Assembly: GCF_013911755.1 (NCBI RefSeq)
Contig: NZ_JACESP010000014.1
Location: forward strand, 33,639-97,638
Length of the DNA stretch: 64,000 nt
Source: Sphingosinicella sp.
Lineage (GTDB): Bacteria > Pseudomonadota > Alphaproteobacteria > Sphingomonadales > Sphingomonadaceae
Direction: 5' to 3'
Position numbers and translations under genes: made by a program. The notes beneath the pieces are model-generated. The model saw only the letters and a list, made by a program, of their open reading frames with translations. It was not told the origin of the DNA and did not search any database. Positions 27,016 to 35,961 of the stretch are shown here, in pieces. Every line of letters begins with the position of its first letter. The first letter of the stretch is position 1.

Positions 27016-28797
27016 ATGAGCACCAGCGAGTCCGGCAAAGAGCCCAAGGAAAAGCGTTCCCTCAGCAACCTGCAATTGCTCTGGAGCTTTTCACGACGTT
27101 ACCCCATGCAGGTAACGGCGTTCTTCGTCTCGCTGTTTATCGCGGCGCTCGCGACGCTCGCGATTCCGCGCAGCTTCCAGCGCATCGTCGACAATGGCTT
27201 CGGCGCGGAAACGGACGCGACGATCGCGCCCTACTTCTACGGTATGCTCGGCGTGGTCGCCGTGCTCGGCATCGCGACGGCGGTGCGCTTCTACTATGTG
27301 TCGTGGCTCGGGGAGCGGGTCGTCGCCGATCTCCGGCAGAGCGTACATGCGAATCTCCTGACGCTCGATCCGGCGTTCTTCGAGGAGAACCGCCCCTCCG
27401 AAATCGCCTCGCGACTGACCGCGGACACCGCGATCATCGAGCAGGTGGTCGGCACGAGCCTCTCCATGGCACTGCGCAATACGATCCTGGGTATCGGCGG
27501 CGTGATCTACCTGTTCACGATCAGCCCGAAACTGACGGGCATGTTGCTGCTCGGCATCCCGCTTGCGGTGTTGCCGATGGCGCTGATGGGCCGCCGCGTG
27601 CAGGCGCTGTCGCGCAGCTCGCAGGACAGTGTCGCGAGTGTCGGCACCATCATCAGCGAGGTGCTCGGCGCGATCCGCATCGTGCAGGCGTTCACGCAGG
27701 AACGGAACGAAGTCGCGCGCTTCACGCGGGCGGTGGAATCGACCTTCCTGGCGGCACGGAGGCGCATCCGGATGCGCGCGCTGCTGACCGCCATCGTCAT
27801 CTCGATCATCTTCGGCGGCATCACGATGGTGCTGTGGGAAGGCGCGACCGATGTGATCGACGGGGTGATGACGGGCGGCGAGATCACCGCGTTCGTGCTC
27901 ACCGCAGCGATCGTGGCGGGTGCGTTCGGTGCGCTCACCGAGGTTTACGGTGACGTGATGCGCGCGACAGGCGCGGCGGGCCGCATGATGGAGCTGCTGA
28001 ACGCCGTGCCGCAGATCACGGCGCCCGCAAACCCTGTGGCGCTCCCGCAGCCGCCCGTGGGCCGCGTGACCTTCGACAATGTCAGCTTCCGCTATCCGAC
28101 GCGAAAGGACACGGCGGCGCTCAGCGATTTCTCGCTCGATATCGCGCCCGGCGAGACTGTGGCCGTGGTTGGACCTTCTGGAGCCGGCAAGTCGACATTG
28201 TTCCAGCTCATTCAGCGCTTCTATGATCCCGAGAGCGGCACCGTGCGCGTCGATGGCGTGTCGCTGCGCGACGCGGACCCCGCCGCGGTGCGCGGGCGCA
28301 TCGCGATGGTGCCGCAGGAGAGCGTGGTTTTCGCCGAGAGCGCATACAATAACATTCTCTACGGACGCCCCGACGCGACGGAAGCGGAGGTTTGGGCGGC
28401 GGCGGACGCGGCGAATGCTTCCGAATTCCTCCGCGCACTGCCCGACGGCATCCACACATTCATGGGCGAGGCGGGGACGCGGCTTTCGGGCGGTCAGCGC
28501 CAGCGGCTTTCGATCGCGCGCGCCGTGCTGCGCGATGCGCCGATCCTGCTGCTCGATGAGGCGACCTCCGCGCTTGATGCCGAAAGCGAGCGGCTCGTGC
28601 AGGAAGCGCTCGAGCGGCTGATGCAGGGGCGGACAACGCTGGTGATCGCGCACCGCCTCGCGACAGTGCGCGGCGCGGACCGCATCGTGGTAATGAACGA
28701 AGGGCGGATCGTGGGGCAGGGGCGCCATGAAGAGTTGATGACAGGCGGCGGGCTCTATGCGCGGCTTGCGCGTCTGCAGTTCGAGGACGCGGCCTGA
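27016..28797 (+). CDS. ABC exporter, fused permease/ATPase (ABCB/MsbA-ATM1-like)
   Basis: 6-TM domain plus Walker A GPSGAGKST, signature LSGGQRQR and Walker B ILLLDEATSALD. Confidence 0.9.
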   Translation: MSTSESGKEPKEKRSLSNLQLLWSFSRRYPMQVTAFFVSLFIAALATLAIPRSFQRIVDNGFGAETDATIAPYFYGMLGVVAVLGIATAVRFYYVSWLGERVVADLRQSVHANLLTLDPAFFEENRPSEIASRLTADTAIIEQVVGTSLSMALRNTILGIGGVIYLFTISPKLTGMLLLGIPLAVLPMALMGRRVQALSRSSQDSVASVGTIISEVLGAIRIVQAFTQERNEVARFTRAVESTFLAARRRIRMRALLTAIVISIIFGGITMVLWEGATDVIDGVMTGGEITAFVLTAAIVAGAFGALTEVYGDVMRATGAAGRMMELLNAVPQITAPANPVALPQPPVGRVTFDNVSFRYPTRKDTAALSDFSLDIAPGETVAVVGPSGAGKSTLFQLIQRFYDPESGTVRVDGVSLRDADPAAVRGRIAMVPQESVVFAESAYNNILYGRPDATEAEVWAAADAANASEFLRALPDGIHTFMGEAGTRLSGGQRQRLSIARAVLRDAPILLLDEATSALDAESERLVQEALERLMQGRTTLVIAHRLATVRGADRIVVMNEGRIVGQGRHEELMTGGGLYARLARLQFEDAA

Positions 28798-28824
28798 TTG
28801 CGCGGCATGCGCCGGAATTATATT

Positions 28825-28843
28825 GTAATTGATAATCGTTCGC
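28825..28843. promoter_or_regulatory. candidate Fur box upstream of the PepSY-TM gene
   Basis: GTAATTGATAATCGTTCGC matches GATAATGATAATCATTATC at 13 of 19 positions by my count. It lies 44 nt upstream of ATG 28887 in an AT-rich patch. Confidence 0.4.
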
Positions 28844-28886
28844 GTTATCGCCGTTCCCGGTCAGGGACGGGATTGATTCAGCGCCG

Positions 28887-29528
28887 ATGCACAGCGTGAC
28901 GCCTAACAGGGTGGCGAAGAAAAGCCGCAAGGCGTTCTGGCTGAAACAGCTGCACACGTGGCACTGGATGAGTTCCGCCATCAGCCTTGTCGGGCTGCTG
29001 CTGTTCGCGGTCACCGGCATCACGCTCAACCATGCCGCCGAGATCGAGGCCGAGCCCGTGATCGAGGAGCGCACGGCGCAGCTTCCGGTGAACCTTCTTG
29101 GTCGCATCGCGCCGAAGGACGGCGAGGCGGAGCGCGCGCCGCTCCCCGCGCCCGTCGCCGCCTGGGTATCCGAGACGTTTTCGGTGAAGGCGGGCGGGGA
29201 GGCGGAGTGGTCGCCCGATGAGGTGTATCTGGCGCTGCCTCGCCCCGGCGGGGACGGCTGGGTGGCGATCGATCGGGCGACGGGCGAGGCGACTGCCGAA
29301 AGCACCGACCGCGGCTGGATCTCCTACCTCAACGACCTCCACAAGGGCCGCAATTCGGGCACGGCGTGGAAGTGGTTCATCGATATTTTCGCGGGCGCCT
29401 GCCTCGTGTTCGCATTTACCGGCCTGTTCCTGCTGCAGCTTCACGCCGCGAAGCGCCGGAGCACGTGGCCGATCGTGGGGGTGGGGCTGCTCATCCCGGT
29501 CCTCATCGCCTTGATTTTCATTCATTGA
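28887..29528 (+). CDS. PepSY-associated TM-helix protein (PiuB-like putative ferric reductase component)
   Basis: WLKQLHTWHWMSSAISLVGLLLFAVTGITLNH and C-terminal TM helices typical of the PepSY_TM family. Confidence 0.8.
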   Translation: MHSVTPNRVAKKSRKAFWLKQLHTWHWMSSAISLVGLLLFAVTGITLNHAAEIEAEPVIEERTAQLPVNLLGRIAPKDGEAERAPLPAPVAAWVSETFSVKAGGEAEWSPDEVYLALPRPGGDGWVAIDRATGEATAESTDRGWISYLNDLHKGRNSGTAWKWFIDIFAGACLVFAFTGLFLLQLHAAKRRSTWPIVGVGLLIPVLIALIFIH

Positions 29529-29539
29529 AGGGTGTCAGA

Positions 29540-30058
29540 ATGCAGCTTTCCACGCGTATCGTGATGACCGGTGCCGCTTTCGCCGCGCTGGCGGCGCCTG
29601 CCGCCGCGCAGAGCATCGACCTCACCGTCACCATCCCGCGACTCAGCGTTGCGGAGTATCACCGGCCCTACGTGGCGATCTGGCTGGAGAAGACCGGGGC
29701 TCCGGCAAAGACGCTCGCTGTCTGGTACGACCACGACATGAAGGACAATGAAGGCACCAAGTGGCTGCGCGACGTGCGCCAGTGGTGGCGCGCCTCGGGT
29801 CGGGCACTGAGCTTCCCGGCGGATGGGATTACCGGCGCGACGAAGGCGCCGGGCACCCACAAGGTGAGCCTCGGCGCGGACGTGCTCGGGGGGGCGATGG
29901 CGCCCGGCGACTACACGCTGCTCGTGGAAGCCGCGCGCGAGGTGGGCGGCCGCGAACTGGTGAAACTGCCGTTCAGCTGGCCGCCGAAGCCCGGCCAGTC
30001 CGCGAGCGCGGCGGGCAGCACGGAACTCGGCGCGGTCAGCGCCACCTTCAAACGCTGA
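29540..30058 (+). CDS. DUF2271-like periplasmic protein with flavinylation-type motif
   Basis: Signal peptide MQLSTRIVMTGAAFAALAAPAAAQ. Contains YHRPYVAIWLE and DGITGAT at nt 29822-29842. Confidence 0.8.
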   Translation: MQLSTRIVMTGAAFAALAAPAAAQSIDLTVTIPRLSVAEYHRPYVAIWLEKTGAPAKTLAVWYDHDMKDNEGTKWLRDVRQWWRASGRALSFPADGITGATKAPGTHKVSLGADVLGGAMAPGDYTLLVEAAREVGGRELVKLPFSWPPKPGQSASAAGSTELGAVSATFKR

Positions 30059-30065
30059 AAGGACA

Positions 30066-30890
30066 ATGTTCATGAACACCGGATTCCTGCGCGCACTTGC
30101 CATTTCGACAGCGCTTTTCAGCGCAACCGCTGCCGAGGCGCACCGCCAGTGGATGCTGCCGTCATCGACAGTGCTCTCGGGCCAGTCGAGCTGGGTGACG
30201 GTGGACGCCGCCGTCTCCAATGACCTGTTCTACTTCGAGCACCAGCCGGTGCGGCTCGGCAACGTGAAGGCGTGGGCGCCCGACGGCAGCGAGGTGGCGC
30301 TGCAGAACGCATCGACGGGCCGGTATCGCAGCACCTTCGACGTCGAGCTGAAACAGCAGGGCACTTACAAGATCGCGAACGCCGGTGGCGGCATCTTCGG
30401 CAGCTACAAGGAGGGCGGCGTCGAGAAGCGGTTACCGCGTGGTGCTTCGGCGGCTGACATTGAAAAGCTGATTCCCGCCGGGGCGACCGACGTGAAGCTC
30501 TCCGAGAGCCTCAGCCGCAACGAGATCTTCGTGACGCTGGGCGCGCCGACGGAGACGGTTCTGAAGCCGAGCGGCAAGGGGCTTGAGCTGGTGCCGGTGA
30601 CGCACCCGAACGACCTCGTTGCCGGTGAGGCGGCGACGTTCCAGTTCGTGATCGACGGCAAGCCCGCCGCCGGGATCGAGATCGAGGTGGTCCCGGGCGG
30701 CATCCGCTACCGCGACGAGCTCGGCCAGATGGACATGAAGACCGACGCCGAGGGCAAGGTGACGATCACGTGGCCCGGCCCAGGCCTCTACTGGATGAGC
30801 GCTGAGGCGAGCGATGCGAACGTCAGCGTGAAGGGGGCGGCGCAGCGCCGCCTCGGCTACGTCTCGACGCTCGAGGTGCTGGCGCCCTGA
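30066..30890 (+). CDS. DUF4198-like periplasmic protein
   Basis: Signal peptide, then AHRQWMLPS. About 270-aa beta-rich protein found in this conserved cluster context. Confidence 0.78.
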   Translation: MFMNTGFLRALAISTALFSATAAEAHRQWMLPSSTVLSGQSSWVTVDAAVSNDLFYFEHQPVRLGNVKAWAPDGSEVALQNASTGRYRSTFDVELKQQGTYKIANAGGGIFGSYKEGGVEKRLPRGASAADIEKLIPAGATDVKLSESLSRNEIFVTLGAPTETVLKPSGKGLELVPVTHPNDLVAGEAATFQFVIDGKPAAGIEIEVVPGGIRYRDELGQMDMKTDAEGKVTITWPGPGLYWMSAEASDANVSVKGAAQRRLGYVSTLEVLAP

Positions 30891-30988
30891 CGGACGACGC
30901 CCGAATCCTTATTCCCAAAGCCGTCTCGGCGGCTGCCTTCGCGCTGAGGGAACCTTCGGGACGGATTGCGACGCTTTCCGGCAAGACG

Positions 30989-31885
30989 ATGGGGACGCGC
31001 TGGTCGGTGCGACTCGTCGTTCCCGCCCCGGGTCTTGTCGCGGACATTAGCGCCGGTGTGCAGGCCGTACTCGACGGTGTCGTTGCGCAGATGAGCACGT
31101 GGGAAGAGGCGTCCGACATCAGCCGGTTTAACCGCGCGGCCGTTGGCGCATGGCAGGCGATGCCGCCGGATTTCCTGACGGTACTTTCCGCCGCGCTTCG
31201 GGTCGCGGAGGAGAGCGGGGGGGCTTTTGATCCGACGATCGGGGCGATCGTGGACGCCTGGGGGTTTGGAGCGGCGGGGGCTGTCGCTTCGGCGCCGGAT
31301 CATGAGACGACCGAAACGCTGCGTCTTGCGGCGGGTTGGCGGCGGGTGGCGTGTGAAGTGCTGCTGCAGCGGGCGCGGCGGACCGACACGCTTGCGCTCG
31401 ACTTTTCGGGGATCGCCAAGGGGTTCGGGGCGGACCGCGCGGCGGCGTGGCTGAAGAACCAGGGCTTCCGGCACTTTCTTGTCGAGGTCGGCGGCGAACT
31501 CGTGGGCGAGGGCGTGAAACCGGACGGGCAACCGTGGTGGGTGGATATCGAGATGCCGCCGGACGCGGCGCTGCCGCCACTGCGGCTTGCGCTGCACGGC
31601 CTCTCTGCGGCGACATCGGGTAACTATCGGCGCTGGTTCGAGGTGAACGGTGAGCGCTTCGCACACACGATCGACCCGCGCAGCGGCAGGCCTGCGAAGG
31701 GTGTCGCTTCCGTCACGGTCCTTCACGCGGAATGCATGTACGCCGACGCCTATGCGACGGCGATCACAGTGCTGGGGGTCGAAGACGGGCTGCAGTTCGC
31801 CAACCGCCTCGGCCTCGCCGCGCATATCGTCTCCGGCGACGGGAGCGAGTCGATGAGCCTCGCTTTTGGGGCGATGCTCGACTGA
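30989..31885 (+). CDS. apbE: FAD:protein FMN transferase (ApbE family); the true start is probably upstream and non-canonical (CTG 30887?)
   Basis: ApbE motifs TMGTRWSV, FDPTIGA, DFSGIAKG and HTIDPRSG. The frame is open back to 30806 with no ATG, GTG or TTG. Confidence 0.85.
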   Translation: MGTRWSVRLVVPAPGLVADISAGVQAVLDGVVAQMSTWEEASDISRFNRAAVGAWQAMPPDFLTVLSAALRVAEESGGAFDPTIGAIVDAWGFGAAGAVASAPDHETTETLRLAAGWRRVACEVLLQRARRTDTLALDFSGIAKGFGADRAAAWLKNQGFRHFLVEVGGELVGEGVKPDGQPWWVDIEMPPDAALPPLRLALHGLSAATSGNYRRWFEVNGERFAHTIDPRSGRPAKGVASVTVLHAECMYADAYATAITVLGVEDGLQFANRLGLAAHIVSGDGSESMSLAFGAMLD

Positions 31886-32635
31886 TCACCCCTGCAGGAC
31901 GAAGGGGATCTCCACGATGCCCCGAACGGCGACCGCGACGCCGTCACGGATCGTGGGTGACCAGCGCCAGTGGCGAACTGCATGGAGTGCGGCCCGGTCG
32001 AGCCGCTCGTGGCCGCTGCTCTTTGCCAGGCGGATTTCGGCGACGTTTCCGTCCGTGCCGAGGGTGAGTGCCAGCACGACGGTGCCCTGCTCGCGCTTGC
32101 GGCGCGATTCGAGCGGATAGGCGGGCGGTTTTGCCGAGATCATGGTGGCGCCGAGATCGTCGGCGACCAGCGTCGGCGGCGCCGCCGGGCGCGGCGCGGG
32201 CGGCGCCTTGATCGCCACGGGCGCCGGAGGCACGGCCTGCGGCTGATCGGCGGCTGCGACGATCGGCGGCGTTTCGCGCGCGAACTCGACGGCGGGCGGC
32301 GGCACGTAGATTTCAGGCTCGGCAAGCTCGGGGGGCGGCGGCGCCTCGGGTGCTGGCGGGGGCGCGGAGAGATCGAGCAGATCCATCGCCGTCTGCACGG
32401 TGCGGGGCGGGATCACCTGTGTGCGGATGAGCACCGCGCCGAGCGCGACATGAAGAACGACGACGGCGAGCAGGGCGCGCCAATCGAGACGGCCCGGCTG
32501 GTAGCCGCCCGTGCCTGCCGTCGGCAGCCGCTCCGGAAGGCCGATCCGTACGGGCGTCGAGGTCGCCGATACGCGCTCGTGAAACACGATATCGTCGAAA
32601 CTGTCGTCTGCGCTGCGTGCGTGAACCGTATGCAT
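31886..32635 (-). CDS. TonB-family protein (second copy, iron locus)
   Basis: TM anchor LLAVVVLHVALGAVLI, Pro-rich spacer and C-terminal TonB domain (GTVVLALTLGTDGNVAEIRLAKSSGHERLD). Its stop abuts the apbE stop inside TGATCA. Confidence 0.8.
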   Translation of the reverse strand: MHTVHARSADDSFDDIVFHERVSATSTPVRIGLPERLPTAGTGGYQPGRLDWRALLAVVVLHVALGAVLIRTQVIPPRTVQTAMDLLDLSAPPPAPEAPPPPELAEPEIYVPPPAVEFARETPPIVAAADQPQAVPPAPVAIKAPPAPRPAAPPTLVADDLGATMISAKPPAYPLESRRKREQGTVVLALTLGTDGNVAEIRLAKSSGHERLDRAALHAVRHWRWSPTIRDGVAVAVRGIVEIPFVLQG

Positions 32636-32727
32636 CCGAACGCCCCGTTACCGTGCCTTCAAGCCACGACTGGTCTATACGGTCTCAACTAATGCAAATC
32701 AATCGCATTATTGATTGAGCGCGTGCG

Positions 32728-33411
32728 TCAGGTCGTCGCCCAGCGGCGGAGGAGATTGTGATAGACGCCGGTGAGCTGGATGATCGCGGCATCGTCGTGG
32801 CCGCGGTCCTGCGCGATCGTCTGGATCGCAGTATCGAGTTCGAACAGCGAGCGTCGCGCTTCCCCGTCGCGGACCATCGACTGAATCCAGAAGAAGCTCG
32901 CGGTGCGCTTGCCGCGCGTGACCGGCTCGACGCGGTGCAGGCTGGAGGCGGGATAGAGCACCATGTGCCCGGCGGGCAGCTTCACCTGCTGGACGCCGAA
33001 CTGGTCCTCGATGGTGAGTTCGCCGCCGTCGTAGGCTTCCGGGTCTTCGAGGAACAGCGTTGCCGAGAGGTCGCTCCGGATGCGGAATTCGGTGCCGCGC
33101 TGGATGCGGATGGCATTGTCGATATGAACGCCGAAGGTCTGGCCGCCCTCGTAGCTGTTGAACAGCGGCGGATAAACTTTGAGCGGCAGTGCGGCGGCGA
33201 TGAACAAGGGCGCCTTGCCGAGCGCATCGAGGATGATCGTGCCCGCCTCGCGCGCAGCGGCGCCGTCTTCGGGAAGCTGCATGTTGCGCTTGGCGAGCGC
33301 GGACTGATAGCCGGAGGTGACGTTGCCGTCGACCCACGGGGCGGCATCGATGATCGCGCGGACGCGGGCGAGCGCCTCTGCATCGAGCACGTTGGGAATC
33401 GCGATCATCAT
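32728..33411 (-). CDS. piuC: Fe(II)/2-oxoglutarate-dependent PKHD-type hydroxylase (PiuC/YbiX-like)
   Basis: [11 protein letters not shown]-terminus, facial-triad context GVHIDNA and [24 protein letters not shown]. Confidence 0.88.
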   Translation of the reverse strand: MMIAIPNVLDAEALARVRAIIDAAPWVDGNVTSGYQSALAKRNMQLPEDGAAAREAGTIILDALGKAPLFIAAALPLKVYPPLFNSYEGGQTFGVHIDNAIRIQRGTEFRIRSDLSATLFLEDPEAYDGGELTIEDQFGVQQVKLPAGHMVLYPASSLHRVEPVTRGKRTASFFWIQSMVRDGEARRSLFELDTAIQTIAQDRGHDDAAIIQLTGVYHNLLRRWATT

Positions 33412-33468
33412 GGCAGGAAACCGATCTTCGTTGGACCTACTGAGATATCAGCATCGCAAGGTGCTGGT

Positions 33469-33503
33469 GGGCAAGAGCGATCCCCCCTGAACCGCTCTTG
33501 CCC
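33469..33503 (-). other. intercistronic stem-loop between the receptor gene and piuC
   Basis: 11-bp perfect stem GGGCAAGAGCG/CGCTCTTGCCC with a 13-nt loop. No U-tract follows. Confidence 0.5.
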
Positions 33504-33514
33504 ATGCCCCATGC

Positions 33515-35875
33515 TCAGAAGCTGTAGAACAGGCTGAGTACCGCCGAGCGCCCTTCGCCGGGCGTCGCCCAGCCGTTGTTGCGGATGCCGGTGTAGTACT
33601 TCTCGTCGGTGAAGTTCTGGACGTTGAGCTGGGCGGTCAGCCCGTTGCCGAACGGATAGGAGACGAACGCGCGGTGCGTAAGCCAATCCTTCGACTTGGT
33701 GAGCGGCGTGACCGTGTTCGAAAGCACGAAGCTGCCCTGATAGGTGAAGCCGTAGCCGACCTGCAGGCCGAATGGGAGCGTGTAGGTGGTGAACAGGCTG
33801 CCCGAGTGCTTCGGCGTGTTGGTAAGCGGATTGCCAGCCTGCGCATCGGTGAGCGGGCAGGTGATCGCCGTGCCGCCCGGGGGCGTGAACGTCGCACCCG
33901 GATTGGCGAGGCAGTAGTTCGAAACGCTCTGCTTCACCTTGCTGTCGAGGTAGGTGTAGTTCGCGAAGATCGCCCAGGCATCGGTAATGTTGCCCGAGGC
34001 GCCAAGCGCGAGGCCATCGACGCGGCTCTGTCCGTCGAGCACCTGAAGCGTGCCGAGCGTCGGGTCGTTGCTCGCCACCGGATAGTTGGTCCGCTCGTTG
34101 CGGAACAGCGCGGCGGTGAGCTGGAGCCTGCCGCCGACAAGGTCGATCTTGCCGCCGATCTCGTAGTTCACCGCTTCCTGCGGCGCTACGGTGCAGGGAT
34201 CGAGGTTCAGGTTCTGCGCGGTCGCGAGGCCGCACCCGCTGCGGACGGAGGACGCGGCGGGCGTGCGGCTGTTGCCGTAGGCCGCGTACAGGCTGGCGTT
34301 CGGCACCGGCTTGTAGACGAGGCCGACACGGTAGCTGAAGAGGTTGTCGTCCGAGTGCTGAACGGCGCCGCGCGTCACGGTGCCGAACGTCGGCCCCGGC
34401 GTTCCCACGATCGAGTCGACGCGGAAGTCCGCCTTGTTGTTCTCCCAGCGGATGCCGCCGTTGATCTCGAACTGATCAGAAAGCTTGATGGCATCGAACA
34501 AATAGAAGGCGATGTTGCGCGTGTCGCCCTGCGAGAAGCCGGTCTGGATATAGTTGATCGGGCCGCCGTAGATCGGATCGGGGTTCGAAATGTCGATCGG
34601 CGGCAGCGTCGGGTTCGGCGTCGCGCCGCCCGGATTGCGCATCGAGTTGCCGTTCGACAGGTCATAGTCTTCCTGCGCGTAGGAGGCGCCGATCGTGACC
34701 GTGTGCTCGATGCCGCCCGTATCGAACACGGCTTTCAGGTCGAGCTGGTTGTAGAACATCTGGTTTTCGGTGAAGCGCGAAACGCCGCGCGGGCCGGAGG
34801 GGTAATAGGTGCCGGGGACCTGACCGGTCGCGCACGGTGCGCCTGTGTAGAGCGTGCCGCTGTCCAGGCAGTAGGTGCCCTGCGGCGGGTTGACGACGAG
34901 GTTCTGTTCGACGCGCTGCCAGCGCGCGAGATTGCGGAGCGAGACACGGTCGCTGAAGGCGTGGTCGAAGATCGCGGTTGCCTGATCGACGGTCTGCTTC
35001 TGGTAGTCGACATCCTTGTAGCCGTAGTAGCCGCCATAATCGGCGCCCGGCAGCAAGCCCCCGACCGAAGAATAATAAGGCACGCCGTAGATCGGCGTGT
35101 TGTCGTCCTTCTGATGGACATAAAGCAGCGTCAGGCTGGTCGGTCCGTCGATGCCGATGGTGACCGACGGCGCGACGCCCCAGCGTTCGTAGCTGTCGAA
35201 GTCGCGGGCCGGAACGTCGTTCTCGTGGTACATGGCGTTGAGGCGCACGGCGACGAGGTCTGACAGGCGAAGGTTGCTGTCGATCGTGGCGCGGTAATAA
35301 TTGTCCGTGCCGATACCCGCCTGAACGACGCTGAGGTCTTCGCCTTTCGGGCGCTTGGTGACGAGGTTGATCGTGCCCGAGATCGAGCCTGAGCCGCTGT
35401 AGACCGAATTGGCGCCGTTCACGACCTCGATCTGTTCGATGTTGAACGTGTCGGAGCGGCTATATTGCGCGCTGTCGCGCACGCCGTCGATCTGGATGTC
35501 GGTGTTGGCGCTCTGGCCGCGCAGGTTGATGCTGTCGCCGTAGCCGCCGCCGCCTTCACCAGCGCCGAAGGTGATGCCCGGAATCGTGGTCAGCGCTTCG
35601 CGCAGCGTCAGCAGGTTCTGCTGGCGGATCGTGGTGTTGCCGATGACGGTGATCGTCTGCGGCGTATCGAGGAGGGGGCGGACGTATTTGGGAGACTCGG
35701 CCTTCTCGACCTTGATCTCTTCTTCGATCGCGGTGCCGGTGACGGTGACGCCGCCGAGCTTCTGCTGCTGATCCTGTGCGTGCGCGGGAAGCGCGCTGGC
35801 GACGAAGCCCACGCAGGAAAGCGCGAGGAAGGCGGGACCGGCGACGGACGCGCGGGCGGCTGGTTCTGCAGTCAT
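33515..35875 (-). CDS. TonB-dependent siderophore receptor (catecholate Fiu/PiuA-like)
   Basis: 786 aa. Signal peptide, plug domain (NLRGQSANTDIQIDGVRD), beta-barrel and C-terminal aromatic residue (LSLFYSF). Confidence 0.92.
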   Translation of the reverse strand: MTAEPAARASVAGPAFLALSCVGFVASALPAHAQDQQQKLGGVTVTGTAIEEEIKVEKAESPKYVRPLLDTPQTITVIGNTTIRQQNLLTLREALTTIPGITFGAGEGGGGYGDSINLRGQSANTDIQIDGVRDSAQYSRSDTFNIEQIEVVNGANSVYSGSGSISGTINLVTKRPKGEDLSVVQAGIGTDNYYRATIDSNLRLSDLVAVRLNAMYHENDVPARDFDSYERWGVAPSVTIGIDGPTSLTLLYVHQKDDNTPIYGVPYYSSVGGLLPGADYGGYYGYKDVDYQKQTVDQATAIFDHAFSDRVSLRNLARWQRVEQNLVVNPPQGTYCLDSGTLYTGAPCATGQVPGTYYPSGPRGVSRFTENQMFYNQLDLKAVFDTGGIEHTVTIGASYAQEDYDLSNGNSMRNPGGATPNPTLPPIDISNPDPIYGGPINYIQTGFSQGDTRNIAFYLFDAIKLSDQFEINGGIRWENNKADFRVDSIVGTPGPTFGTVTRGAVQHSDDNLFSYRVGLVYKPVPNASLYAAYGNSRTPAASSVRSGCGLATAQNLNLDPCTVAPQEAVNYEIGGKIDLVGGRLQLTAALFRNERTNYPVASNDPTLGTLQVLDGQSRVDGLALGASGNITDAWAIFANYTYLDSKVKQSVSNYCLANPGATFTPPGGTAITCPLTDAQAGNPLTNTPKHSGSLFTTYTLPFGLQVGYGFTYQGSFVLSNTVTPLTKSKDWLTHRAFVSYPFGNGLTAQLNVQNFTDEKYYTGIRNNGWATPGEGRSAVLSLFYSF

Positions 35876-35909
35876 AGGAACACCCCCAACAGTTACAAGG
35901 TTTGGGCGT

Positions 35910-35936
35910 GTTATTGAGAGTGATTTGCAGAGTCAA
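35910..35936 (-). promoter_or_regulatory. candidate promoter with overlapping Fur box for the TonB-dependent receptor
   Basis: The minus strand reads TTGACT-ctGCAAATCACTCTCAATAAC. GCAAATCACTCTCAATAAC matches the Fur consensus at 11 of 19 positions by my count, downstream of a -35-like TTGACT. Confidence 0.35.
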
Positions 35937-35961
35937 CGCTATTACGAGTCACTCGCAATAA

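Noticed and set aside
27091-28728. 545-aa ORF on the minus strand
   Set aside because: It is antisense to the ABC exporter gene, which carries Walker A/B and signature motifs.
33674-35263. 529-aa ORF on the plus strand
   Set aside because: It is antisense to the TonB-dependent receptor gene and is a shadow ORF.
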